This document shows positions 30,739 through 40,458 of a DNA stretch of 64,000 nt, piece after piece (positions within the stretch are counted from its first letter, which is position 1; each line of letters starts with the position of its first letter). Source of the DNA: an uncultured delta proteobacterium (GTDB taxonomy: Bacteria; Desulfobacterota; Desulfobacteria; Desulfobacterales; QNYZ01); assembly GCA_963845145.1 (NCBI GenBank), contig CAWJQU010000004.1:128001-192000 (forward strand), written 5' to 3'. Made by a program: the position numbers and the translations under genes. The notes under the pieces are model-generated. The model was not told the DNA's origin, did not search any database, and was given only the letters and a program-made list of their open reading frames with translations.

Positions 30739-32538
30739 TCAGTTGTCTTTTTGGATCGAATCGAGTAGTTGGCGAACCGTTGCGGCCAATTTGGTTTGAT
30801 CGACCGGCTTCATCAAAAATCCATCATAGCCCAACGTCTCTTTTTGGTCATTGAGTTTTTCGTTGAATCCGGTACACAAAATTACCGGTATATCAGGGCG
30901 AATCGTTTTTACCTCTCGTATCAGTTTGTCGCCAGTCATGTTTGGCATGGTCATATCCGTGATGATCAGATCAAAATTGTTTGGGGATGAACGAAATATC
31001 TCTAAAGCCTCTAGGCTGCTTGTTCTTGATGTGACCGCATATCCCAACCTCTCAAGGCTTTTCTCCTGCATTTTTATGATAGACGGCTCGTCGTCTATCA
31101 ATAGAATCCGTCCTGTGCCTGTGGTTAATATTTTTTGAGTTTGGACCGATGTGTCCACCGAATGCTTTGAAGCCAGTGGCAGAAAAACCTGAAACGTGGT
31201 GCCTTTGCCGGAGTGGCTCCGGGCGAAGATGTGTCCGTTATATGACTTGATGATGCCATGAACCACGGAAAGCCCTAGCCCGGTGCCCTCACCTTTTTCT
31301 TTGGTTGTAAAATAAGGCTCAAAAATCTTGCCAAGATGATCTTCCGGAATTCCGATTCCCGTATCGCTGACCGTGATGCGCGCATACTTTCCAGGAGGTA
31401 CCTCCGGAGGGCTTATTCTAGTTTTTGAATTAACGGATACATTATCGACACGGACGTTCAGGAAACCATTTCCGTCAGGCATGGCTTGTTTAGCGTTGGT
31501 TACCAGATTGACAAAAACCTGGTGAAGCTGGGTCGGATTGGCCATAACAATCAATGGCTCGCTTGAAATACTTACTCTAAATTCAATCGATTTGGGAATG
31601 GTAGCACGGAGCATTTTAAGCGCTTCTGTGATCAAAGGCGCAACCCGGATTGGTTTGATCTCTTGTTCTTCATGTCGGCTCATAATCAGGATCTGGTTGA
31701 CCAATTCCTTGGCGCGGTTACCAGCTGTCAGCACATCGGTAAGGTATTCGTGCAGTATGGTTTCCCTATCCACTTCCTCCAGTGATAGTTCAGTAAACCC
31801 AATCACAGAAGAGAGAATATTATTGAAATCGTGAGCAATACCGCCCGCCAAAGTACCGACGGCTTCCATCTTTTGAGCCTGACGCAATTGGTACTCCGCT
31901 TTAATTTGATTCTTTTGAAGCTCTTTTAGCCGTGTGATATCAGTGGCAATCTGCAAATGAACAATGCGCCCGTCGATCCATTTGATCGCTCTGTCGTAAT
32001 TTACATACCAGGAATTGGTAATTGGATTGGCACCTTCCCAAACAATAACGCCTTTGGGATTTCCAGATTCGTCTATGAGTTGATCGTTGTTACAATGGCC
32101 ACAAGGCATTTCATTGTTGCGGAAGGCTTCATAACATTTCTGACCTGAATAATTATCGCCAAAGCTATCTATCATAGATTGGTTCATAAACAGTATGTCA
32201 TGATTCTGCATATCGGCCACATAAATCGTTGCGTCAATGCTATTTAGTACCTTTAAAAATGTGTCGTGTGCTTCATTTCGTTCCCTTTCGACTTCTTTGC
32301 GCTTAAGCATGAATTCAACGATGAGGACACCAAATATAACGAATAGACTTACCACCATTAGTCGTGAAACAATCTGATACGGCGGGACTCTAAGTAGTAA
32401 AGTATCAAGATAAGAAGAGGGCTCGCTGAAAATTAGTTTCTTCAGATTATATTCGAATGATAAATAAGACCAGATACTGTCAAGTATCCAATAAAAAAGG
32501 CACACCAAGCCAATACTGAAATATGCTTTTAAGCGCAT
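30739..32538 (-). CDS. Membrane-anchored hybrid histidine kinase (TM-PAS-HisKA-HATPase-REC)
   Basis: Two N-terminal TM helices, AGGIAHDFNN, GTGLGL, TDMTMP. Confidence 0.92.
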   Translation of the reverse strand: MRLKAYFSIGLVCLFYWILDSIWSYLSFEYNLKKLIFSEPSSYLDTLLLRVPPYQIVSRLMVVSLFVIFGVLIVEFMLKRKEVERERNEAHDTFLKVLNSIDATIYVADMQNHDILFMNQSMIDSFGDNYSGQKCYEAFRNNEMPCGHCNNDQLIDESGNPKGVIVWEGANPITNSWYVNYDRAIKWIDGRIVHLQIATDITRLKELQKNQIKAEYQLRQAQKMEAVGTLAGGIAHDFNNILSSVIGFTELSLEEVDRETILHEYLTDVLTAGNRAKELVNQILIMSRHEEQEIKPIRVAPLITEALKMLRATIPKSIEFRVSISSEPLIVMANPTQLHQVFVNLVTNAKQAMPDGNGFLNVRVDNVSVNSKTRISPPEVPPGKYARITVSDTGIGIPEDHLGKIFEPYFTTKEKGEGTGLGLSVVHGIIKSYNGHIFARSHSGKGTTFQVFLPLASKHSVDTSVQTQKILTTGTGRILLIDDEPSIIKMQEKSLERLGYAVTSRTSSLEALEIFRSSPNNFDLIITDMTMPNMTGDKLIREVKTIRPDIPVILCTGFNEKLNDQKETLGYDGFLMKPVDQTKLAATVRQLLDSIQKDN

Positions 32539-32544
32539 GATAGA

Positions 32545-33669
32545 TTAATTCTCATAAACCTCGGAAGCTACTTTGATGATACTTTCTGGAAGATCAAAAC
32601 CAATTTGCCTGACGGTTTCCATGTTTACTGCAATATCCAGCGGATCTTCAAATACCTGATTCAATGTAATCGGTTGGGTGCCATTGAGTATTTCACCGAA
32701 TTTCATGGCATTGTATCTGCCCAACCCTGCGTAACCCGAATCGCTGGAAATACTTAACATCATGCCCTCTTTAACCAGTTTGGAACCAACCAATGAGAAT
32801 GATGGTTTACCGGCGGCTCTGAAAATATTTGCGATTTTTGGCCCAAGTCGATCCACACAAGTGAGCGCAGTGACGTATATTGCATCCGTGTTTTCCGCCA
32901 GCTGTCGGTAACACGCCATGCAGGTGCTGTCTGATTTTTGGGTATCAACAGTGGTATCAATTACCTCACAGGTTATAATCTTAAAGCTCCTTTCCTTCGC
33001 GACTTGTTGGGCCTCGGTGATTGCGGAATAAATTCGTCCGTCCGACGAGTTCTCGTAGGCTATCCCTAACGTTTTAAACCCGACAATTCGATGGAACATC
33101 CTAAGCTGACGGAAATACCGATTGGGATCCACTCTTGCCGTTACATGATCATATCCGGAATTATCCGCGCTCTTAACAATTCCCGCTCGAATAGGATCGG
33201 AGGTGGACAGCACTAAAACCGGCACGATGTGTTCATTATTGGCTAAATCAAGACCAGCCCATGTCCCCATCGCAATGACGAGATCCAATGTTCCTGACTT
33301 GAGTTTTTCTAGCAAGTCCCCACGAATTTCTATCCGCCTTTTATCGTTCCAGTTTGCTGAATAGCAATCAGCGGCACGAAAAGATAAATATTGGCTATTA
33401 CACTGAATGAGCCACTCAATATAAGGTTTTGGGCTTTCATTGAAATACTCGGGTGGATTTTGATCATCGATCCATCCTGACGCTATCAGCCCTTTGACTA
33501 GTGTCCGCATCGTATCGGTGTAATCTGAATATGGCCCTCCCTCGTAGTATCCAATGCGCCACTTTTCTCCACCATTAAGCTTGGGAGCAACGTCAGCCCA
33601 GGTTGAAAATGCGAACATAGAAGGAATAAACAGTATGCAGGATAGGCACATTGCTATTTTATTTCCCAT
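32545..33669 (-). CDS. ABC-type substrate-binding protein, probably a sensor partner of the adjacent kinases
   Basis: Signal peptide; WRIGYYEGG, IAMGTWAG, DPIRAGIV; no permease or ATPase adjacent. Confidence 0.7.
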   Translation of the reverse strand: MGNKIAMCLSCILFIPSMFAFSTWADVAPKLNGGEKWRIGYYEGGPYSDYTDTMRTLVKGLIASGWIDDQNPPEYFNESPKPYIEWLIQCNSQYLSFRAADCYSANWNDKRRIEIRGDLLEKLKSGTLDLVIAMGTWAGLDLANNEHIVPVLVLSTSDPIRAGIVKSADNSGYDHVTARVDPNRYFRQLRMFHRIVGFKTLGIAYENSSDGRIYSAITEAQQVAKERSFKIITCEVIDTTVDTQKSDSTCMACYRQLAENTDAIYVTALTCVDRLGPKIANIFRAAGKPSFSLVGSKLVKEGMMLSISSDSGYAGLGRYNAMKFGEILNGTQPITLNQVFEDPLDIAVNMETVRQIGFDLPESIIKVASEVYEN

Positions 33670-33740
33670 CTTGGACCTCCTATTTCACAATAGATGCATT
33701 TTGAAAAACTATTTTTCTATGCTGTTACCTTTTTATCGCT

Positions 33741-34367
33741 TTAAATATCCAGATCCGGATATATTTTTTTGGCACAATCGGGGCAGATACCATGGCTAAA
33801 CTGGGCTTCGGAATGACGTTGAATATAACCTTCAATCTGATTCCAGTAGCCCTTGTCGTCACGAATTTTTTTACATGAAGTGCAAATGGGCAGAAGCCCT
33901 GAAAGCGCTTTTATTTCTTTCAATGCCTCTAATAATTTATCATGCGCTTCCTTCAACGCAACTTCCGATAGTTTACGGTTGGTAATATTTTTCGAGGTGC
34001 AAATCACGGTTTCTACTTCACCGGATTCATTAAGTACTGGTTTGACAGATGTTAAATAGTATGTGTCACCGGAGGGCAGGGGCACGCGAACCTCGATCTC
34101 TTCAGGTTTTCCTTCATTAAAAACTTTATTTACAAGAGCAAACCTTTTATCGGCTTCATTCTTTTCAAACACATCCCATATTTTATGACCGATAATTTCA
34201 TGCATCGGTTTGCCGACGCCCATGGCAAAAGCATTATTTACATATCTATATGTTCCATCCGCATAAAATGAGAAGGTCGGGTCCATGGATTCATCCATTA
34301 AAATTCGATAATGCCTTTCACTTTTACGAAGTTTTTCTAATTCATTGTTTAATTTATCCTTATCCAT
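33741..34367 (-). CDS. PAS-domain protein with C-terminal CxxC...CxxC zinc-ribbon
   Basis: PAS; LPICTSCKKIRDDKGYW...FSHGICPDC. Confidence 0.8.
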   Translation of the reverse strand: MDKDKLNNELEKLRKSERHYRILMDESMDPTFSFYADGTYRYVNNAFAMGVGKPMHEIIGHKIWDVFEKNEADKRFALVNKVFNEGKPEEIEVRVPLPSGDTYYLTSVKPVLNESGEVETVICTSKNITNRKLSEVALKEAHDKLLEALKEIKALSGLLPICTSCKKIRDDKGYWNQIEGYIQRHSEAQFSHGICPDCAKKIYPDLDI

Positions 34368-34409
34368 TTCAAGACTCCATCATTTCCTATTGTTCTGTAT
34401 CTTTTACCT

Positions 34410-35039
34410 TTATTCTTTTGATAGAATTGCCACTTCAATCTTCCCTTCCAAGCCGTTTTTAAATGATAGTGCATCCTGGTTGCTGCCGACAATGGCGCCG
34501 ATATGCATCGGGATGGCCAATTTAGGGGCAATGGCAAGGGCGGCGGCAACCGCCTCGGTGGCGGTCATCACATAAGTGCCGGAGACGGGAAGTAGTGCGA
34601 TGTCTGTTTTTATCTGGTTCATTTCGGGGATGAAATCGCTGTCTCCGGTGTGATAGATCCGGACACCGTCGAACTCCACAATAAATCCCAACCAGCCTTT
34701 GGCCTTGGGATGGAAATGCTTGTTGGTATTATAAGCCGGTACCGCCTCGATTTTTATGTCATTGAATGAGAGCGTATCTCCGGGTTTGAGGATCCGAATG
34801 TCACCTACAAGTTGTTCGGACGACTCTTTCTCCGTAATGATAATTGTATCCGGTTTTTGAATTTTGGCCACATCGGCCGGAGAACAGTGATCGGAATGGG
34901 CGTGGGTGATGAGAAGAATATCCGCTTTTTTGCCTGGTTGAATTTGGTAGGGATCGATATAAATGGTTTTGTCGGCATCAATACGAAACCCATCATGCCC
35001 GAGCCAATGTATTTTTTCTTTTACTGCATTGATTGGCAT
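34410..35039 (-). CDS. MBL-fold metallo-hydrolase (UPF0173-like)
   Basis: WLGHDGF, IDP, THAHSDH, YHTGDS, IPMH; ATG 35039 follows an aagggg RBS. Confidence 0.85.
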   Translation of the reverse strand: MPINAVKEKIHWLGHDGFRIDADKTIYIDPYQIQPGKKADILLITHAHSDHCSPADVAKIQKPDTIIITEKESSEQLVGDIRILKPGDTLSFNDIKIEAVPAYNTNKHFHPKAKGWLGFIVEFDGVRIYHTGDSDFIPEMNQIKTDIALLPVSGTYVMTATEAVAAALAIAPKLAIPMHIGAIVGSNQDALSFKNGLEGKIEVAILSKE

Positions 35040-35396
35040 TTTGATACCCCCTTTTCCAATGGATGGACACCATATAAGTGCGCCGGGAAGGTAAGGCATA
35101 ATTTATGCATATCATATAAAGCATTCGGAAGACAAATTTTCCCACCAAACCTGTTGGGAGGCAACCCCCAAGAGTACATTGCAAAATCAAACATAACATG
35201 ATAATATTTTAGGAGAAATACGGTGTATCAGCTACGTGAAAATTTTGGTGGCGTTGCGAAGCTTGGTAGCAACCCATATTTCATTCGCCCGGTGGGGTTG
35301 ACCGGTGTGCCTAACCCAAAATACGATCTTTCCAAGAAGTCATCATAAACCGCAAAAAGTTTTAAAGTGCGGTTCATAAAAGGAAGAGGGACCGCG

Positions 35397-36311
35397 ATGA
35401 ACAGCAAAAGCAGCGTATCAAGGGAATGGATAACCGGTTTGATTCAGGAATTCATCTTGTCATCATCCCATAACACCCTGCAAGATGGAACGAAGATGCC
35501 GGCCTGGGAGGATTTTTTGGTGGGATTTGCCGCGGGTGCGGACCCAATTTGGCAACAATACAAAGAATATGTCGGAGCCTTTCACTGGACGCCCTGGGAG
35601 GTGTTCAACCAGCATTGTTCCCAGGAAATGGCCACCGCCGATGAACTGACGGTCATTTCTTGGATTTTGCCCCAGCGGGAAGAGGTTCGGCAATCAAATT
35701 GTAATAACAGGAAGTATCCATCGGAAGCGTGGGCCCGCATTCGAGTGTATGGTGAGGCGTTCAACGTACAGTTGCGACGGCATATCGCCGATAGTCTCAC
35801 GGGGGAAGGGCATCCGGCCATTGCGCCGATGTTGGTCTCCAACTGGACGATTCTTAAATCAAAGCAGTTTTCCTATGCGTCTTCCTGGTCTGAACGCCAT
35901 GCCGCCCATGCTGCCGGTTTGGGTACATTCGGCCTTTGCGATGGGCTTATTACTGAAAAAGGCAAAGCCATGCGGGTCGGGTCGGTGGTTGCGAAGGTGT
36001 CCATTAAACCAACACCTCGGCCCTACGCCGATCACCGCGCCTACTGTCTCTTTTTTGACAATGGTACTTGCGGTAAGTGTATCGATCGTTGCCCGGTTCG
36101 CGCCATCACCGAGGCGGGCCACGACAAGGAGAAGTGTCGAAAACACCTTTTGAACGCACGAAAATATGTAAAAAAGAATTACCGGTTTGAAGGTTATGGA
36201 TGTGGGTTATGTCAGGTCGGTGTGCCCTGCGAAGCGGGCATTCCGGTTAAAAAAGCGAGGGAGGCTTTGGAACGGGGTGAATTGCCGCCAACGCCACCAC
36301 CCCTGGCCTGA
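35397..36311 (+). CDS. QueG/reductive-dehalogenase-like 4Fe-4S protein (probably cobalamin-binding)
   Basis: WSERHAAHAAGLGTFG, RVGSVV, CGKCIDRCP, CGLCQVGVPC. Confidence 0.7.
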   Translation: MNSKSSVSREWITGLIQEFILSSSHNTLQDGTKMPAWEDFLVGFAAGADPIWQQYKEYVGAFHWTPWEVFNQHCSQEMATADELTVISWILPQREEVRQSNCNNRKYPSEAWARIRVYGEAFNVQLRRHIADSLTGEGHPAIAPMLVSNWTILKSKQFSYASSWSERHAAHAAGLGTFGLCDGLITEKGKAMRVGSVVAKVSIKPTPRPYADHRAYCLFFDNGTCGKCIDRCPVRAITEAGHDKEKCRKHLLNARKYVKKNYRFEGYGCGLCQVGVPCEAGIPVKKAREALERGELPPTPPPLA

Positions 36312-36370
36312 CAAAATAGCGACTGTATGGCGTTTTTTTATCGAATGGGAAAAAAGATTTGGAAAGAATC

Positions 36371-37300
36371 ATGGATTTTAGCCTTGGAAACAAGATCATC
36401 GATAATATTTCCAGTGTGGTGGTGGGGAAAAAGGGCCCGCTCGAACTTCTTTTAGTCGCCCTGCTTGCCGATGGGCATGTATTATTGGAAGATGTGCCGG
36501 GGGTGGGTAAAACGTTAGTCGCCAAATGTCTGGCTAAAACTATCAAGGGATCTCATAAGCGGATTCAATTTACCCCAGATCTGTTACCGGCGGATGTCAC
36601 CGGATTTAACATGTATGACCAAAGGAGCGGCCAATTTAAATTTCAGCCAGGTCCGGTTCTGACGAACATACTGCTCGCCGATGAAATCAATCGGGCCATT
36701 CCACGTACCCAGTCAAGCCTTCTTGAAAGTATGGAGGAGCGCCAGGTAACCATTGATAGTAAAACCTATCCGCTACCCGAACCATTTATCGTTTTGGCGA
36801 CGCAGAACCCCATTGAACTGGAAGGGACCTTTCCCCTTCCCGAAGCGCAACTGGATCGCTTTCTGCTGAAAATCAGCCTGGGTTACCCCAGTAAAGCGGA
36901 GGAGATGACCATTCTGGAAAGATTTCAGGATGACGATCCCCTGGAAACGCTGGAATCGGTTGCCGATCCCGGGCAACTCATCGGTTTGCAAGACATGCGG
37001 AAAAAGATAAAAATATCCACGCCGGTAAAGCAATATATCACCGACATTGTGGGCGCCACCCGGAACAATGCAAGCCTTCGGTTCGGGGCAAGCCCCAGGG
37101 GTTCACTGGGCTTGATGCGTGCGGCTCAGGGGCTGGCGGCGTTGAAGGGTCGCAACTATGTGCTGCCCGATGACATTAAGCAGTTGGTGATACCGGTTCT
37201 GGCCCATCGTATTATTTTAAATGAAGAGGGAAAGTTGAAAGGAGAGTGCCCTGAAAATGTTCTTGAAGAAATTGTCTCCCAGATATCAGTTCCGGATTAA
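36371..37300 (+). CDS. MoxR family AAA+ ATPase
   Basis: GHVLLEDVPGVGKT, RIQFTPDLLPAD, LADEINR, ATQNP, LPEAQLDRF, GASPR. Confidence 0.95.
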   Translation: MDFSLGNKIIDNISSVVVGKKGPLELLLVALLADGHVLLEDVPGVGKTLVAKCLAKTIKGSHKRIQFTPDLLPADVTGFNMYDQRSGQFKFQPGPVLTNILLADEINRAIPRTQSSLLESMEERQVTIDSKTYPLPEPFIVLATQNPIELEGTFPLPEAQLDRFLLKISLGYPSKAEEMTILERFQDDDPLETLESVADPGQLIGLQDMRKKIKISTPVKQYITDIVGATRNNASLRFGASPRGSLGLMRAAQGLAALKGRNYVLPDDIKQLVIPVLAHRIILNEEGKLKGECPENVLEEIVSQISVPD

Positions 37301-37308
37301 AATGATCG

Positions 37309-38523
37309 ATGCGCCAGCAGATGCACCAATCGGCACCCCCCTTACTTGAAGGCCCGGAATCGGCTTTTCTGTTATTATTTGTTCAGGTTTTTTTGCTCGT
37401 TTGTCTTTTTTTTGCTTTAGTTTTTGATGTACCGGATTTATCGCTTTTTACCCTTTTTATGCTTGCCATTGGTCTCGGGACCTATTTTTGGAGCCGAGTA
37501 GGCCTGAACCATATTCAATGTTACCTTGTGTTAAGCCGTCGCCGATTTTTCCCCGATGAAAAATTGACCATCGACATTCGGGTCACCAATTCAAAACTAC
37601 TTCCTGTATTGATTAAAGTGGATATCTTTATCCCCCAGGCGTTTACCGGCTCTGACACGGGCCGATGGGTCAGCGAAGAGGCCGGCCTTCTCTGGTACCA
37701 GAAAACTGTTTTTTCCAGATCGCTTTTTCCAAACCGAAGAGGTGTCTATAATTTGGGGCCGCCCAGGTTGCGCGGAAGCGATCTCTTCGGGTTTTATTTC
37801 AGGAAGAAAACGACATTAGAGCAGGTTGAGATTGTCGTTTATCCTCGGATTATCAAAGTAGCACCGGTCGGACTCCCCAAAAGAGAATTTTTTGGCACCC
37901 CCGGTGCGCACAGTCCGGTGGAGGACCCGGTGTTTATTTTCGGGACACGTGATTACCAACCGGGAAGACCGGCACGAGGGATTCATTGGAAAACGAGTGC
38001 CCGACATAACCGCTTGCAGGAGAAGCTCTGTGAACCGGCCGAGCAGGAAAAAGTCCTTTTTATCCTCGATGTCGACCGATTCGAAGCTGAAAACGGTGAG
38101 GAACGTTTTGAAAAAACGCTGGAGGTTATCGCCTCTTTGGTCCTGCAATTGGATCGTCGCGGTATCGCTGTCGGGTTTATCACCAACGGCCATATCGCAG
38201 GTGGGAAACCAAAGATTGTGCCGCTTTCAAGAAGTCCCCGACAGATTGCCTCTATTCTTGAAACCCTTGCCCGAGTTGGGGTAGAGGGAACCCGTCCGGT
38301 AACTGAAATTGTATCGCGCGGGTATCGGATTCCATGGGGAACGAGCGGTATCTATTTTTGCCATGAAAGATCCCATGAAACCCGCCGGGCTAATATATTT
38401 ATGAAAAATATCAACATCCCCACTCGATTTGTCGTGGCTCAACAATCCGATGATAAACGAATGGTCACCAATACAGACACGATCTACTTGGATCAGATTT
38501 GGGCTCCGAAGGATCGAAATTGA
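37309..38523 (+). CDS. DUF58 domain protein
   Basis: N-terminal TM helices, RRGVY, RDYQPG....IHWK.SAR; follows moxR. Confidence 0.85.
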   Translation: MRQQMHQSAPPLLEGPESAFLLLFVQVFLLVCLFFALVFDVPDLSLFTLFMLAIGLGTYFWSRVGLNHIQCYLVLSRRRFFPDEKLTIDIRVTNSKLLPVLIKVDIFIPQAFTGSDTGRWVSEEAGLLWYQKTVFSRSLFPNRRGVYNLGPPRLRGSDLFGFYFRKKTTLEQVEIVVYPRIIKVAPVGLPKREFFGTPGAHSPVEDPVFIFGTRDYQPGRPARGIHWKTSARHNRLQEKLCEPAEQEKVLFILDVDRFEAENGEERFEKTLEVIASLVLQLDRRGIAVGFITNGHIAGGKPKIVPLSRSPRQIASILETLARVGVEGTRPVTEIVSRGYRIPWGTSGIYFCHERSHETRRANIFMKNINIPTRFVVAQQSDDKRMVTNTDTIYLDQIWAPKDRN

Positions 38524-39914
38524 TAATACTTCAAAAACGCTTTCTATTAATTCTCTCCTGCGCCGGTATGATGCTGGCGTGTTTTTACGCCTGGACGTCC
38601 TTCATTTTTGCCAGCCTTTCCAGAAAGCCGATAACCGCCCTCGAAGCTGGGGTAGTGCTGATACTCGCCATGCTGACGACCTACCTTCATAGCCAAAGGG
38701 GGTGGCGTATCATTACTGTTATGGCGTTGCACCTATTCGGATTTTTGGTTGGTTCCATTCGAATTCTCTACAATTTTTACGAGATTAATCGTCCTTTTTG
38801 GCGATTTGACTGGGTGCCGGAATTATTTAATATGGATCGAGTCGCCCGTGAGTGGCCGATTTTGGTCTTAATCCTCTTATGTGTCTGGGCACTTTGGTTC
38901 TGCGGGTTACGGCTGATTACAAAACCGACCGACAAGGCGATGATCAGCTACCGGTTTGATATGGGGCTTGGCTTTTTGCTTTTCCTTTTCCTTGTTAAAC
39001 TGGTTTTGGCAACCAAAGAAGTCTCATTGCCCATTACACATTCATTAACAAAGGTGATCGTCGCCTATATTAGCCTGGGACTTTTTTCCATGGGTCTCGT
39101 GCATACTCAAAGCCAATCAAAAACCCAGGGTTCTTCCTACCTCAAGGGTGCCGGTGTGGCCCTAACGTTTACGGCTGGTATCCTCATGCTTGGCGGCGGC
39201 CTGTTTATCCTTTTTTTGCCACAACTTCAAACAGTCGCTGAAGCAGGCTATGGTTTGCTTGGAAACTTGAAAGGGCCCATAGAGAACCTCGTGATTGCCC
39301 TCGCCCGTGGTTTTCTCAAAGGCGTCATGCCTTCTAAGTCGGGAGGAGGCGTGACAGGGAATGATTTGCCCACCATAAACCGGTCAGGCGAAATGTTAAG
39401 CATTTTTGACTACCTCTTTATTGGTATCGGGCTAATGATATTATTGAGCATGATTGGCTTCATCCTTTATCGGTTCTTAAAATGGATCTTTTCAAAGGTA
39501 TCGTGGCTACTATCAAAGACAGCGAAAAAAAAAGATTCGAAGGGGATATGGACGCTGGTTTTGTTGTTTTTCAGCGTGGTAAAAACCCTCTACGTGAGGC
39601 TTCAAAGGGGCATTTTAGGACGGCAGGATACTTCACGCGCAGCAGAAAATATTTATTTGCGCTTTCTTCGGTGGGGCTGGCTTAGCGGTTTACGGCGATT
39701 TCCACCGGTGACCCCCAAAGAATACGGGGATCTGTTGGGGCTAAGGTTTCCACAAATTAAAAAGGAAATTGAAACGATCATACACATGCACGCGGACGTC
39801 GTATACGGGGGCGTTTTTCCAGAAAGCCATCAGATATCAAGCGCCAAACGCGCTTTGCGAAGAATGCGTCATCCTTTATTATGGTTTGCTCGGCTCAAAT
39901 CCCTTTTGTTTTGA
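38520..39914 (+). CDS. Polytopic membrane protein with C-terminal DUF4129-like domain
   Basis: About 9 TM helices; C-terminal TPKEY...VVYG; third gene of the MoxR triad. Confidence 0.65.
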   Translation: MIILQKRFLLILSCAGMMLACFYAWTSFIFASLSRKPITALEAGVVLILAMLTTYLHSQRGWRIITVMALHLFGFLVGSIRILYNFYEINRPFWRFDWVPELFNMDRVAREWPILVLILLCVWALWFCGLRLITKPTDKAMISYRFDMGLGFLLFLFLVKLVLATKEVSLPITHSLTKVIVAYISLGLFSMGLVHTQSQSKTQGSSYLKGAGVALTFTAGILMLGGGLFILFLPQLQTVAEAGYGLLGNLKGPIENLVIALARGFLKGVMPSKSGGGVTGNDLPTINRSGEMLSIFDYLFIGIGLMILLSMIGFILYRFLKWIFSKVSWLLSKTAKKKDSKGIWTLVLLFFSVVKTLYVRLQRGILGRQDTSRAAENIYLRFLRWGWLSGLRRFPPVTPKEYGDLLGLRFPQIKKEIETIIHMHADVVYGGVFPESHQISSAKRALRRMRHPLLWFARLKSLLF

Positions 39915-39920
39915 CGACCG

Positions 39921-40442
39921 TTATTCGGGTAGGCGGATAACGAGAACGGGAACGGAGGCATTTTTTACAACCCATTTGGCGGTACTGCCGACCAAAACGT
40001 CACTGATCACTCCATGACCGTGGGTGCCCATGACGATGAGGTCACAGTTTTGTTCATTTGCGGTTGCAACGATTTTTTCGGCCGGCGTTCCGCGCTCGAT
40101 AAGGATTTCATCTGTGACATCGGCTTGGGCCTCGGTATCGGCGACCACTTCATCCGAAAAGGCCTGAAGCACTTCTTTAATGGCTCCCCGGTTTCTTTTT
40201 TTCCCGGTCAGGCTTTCTCTGACCTCGGAATAATGGCGCGACTTGATCTCTTTCCATGTATTGCTATTGATCATGTTCGTTATAAAATGTTCTTCGGGAA
40301 ATTCAGCCATCACATGCAGAATGGTGATGCCGGCTTTATACCTTTCGGCCAGGCTGATAGCATAGGCAAAAGCGTGAGTCGCATTTTCCGATAAGTCGGT
40401 TGCATACAGGATTTTTTTTATTCGAACGTTGGGAAGCACCAA
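39921..40442 (-). CDS. Universal stress protein (TRAP-associated, TeaD-like position)
   Basis: KILYATDLS, LIVMGTHG..LVGSTA; TTG start after aaaagggg. Confidence 0.88.
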   Translation of the reverse strand: MVLPNVRIKKILYATDLSENATHAFAYAISLAERYKAGITILHVMAEFPEEHFITNMINSNTWKEIKSRHYSEVRESLTGKKRNRGAIKEVLQAFSDEVVADTEAQADVTDEILIERGTPAEKIVATANEQNCDLIVMGTHGHGVISDVLVGSTAKWVVKNASVPVLVIRLPE

Positions 40443-40458
40443 TTTAGATACCCCTTTT

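Noticed and set aside
35243..35321. Possible structured leader RNA upstream of the QueG-like gene (two 5-bp hairpins inside ttttgg/ccaaaa)
   Set aside because: Stems are short and match no riboswitch consensus I recognise; an Rfam or covariation search would be needed.
35397..36311. Respiratory reductive dehalogenase
   Set aside because: Too short, with no Tat signal and no rdhB.
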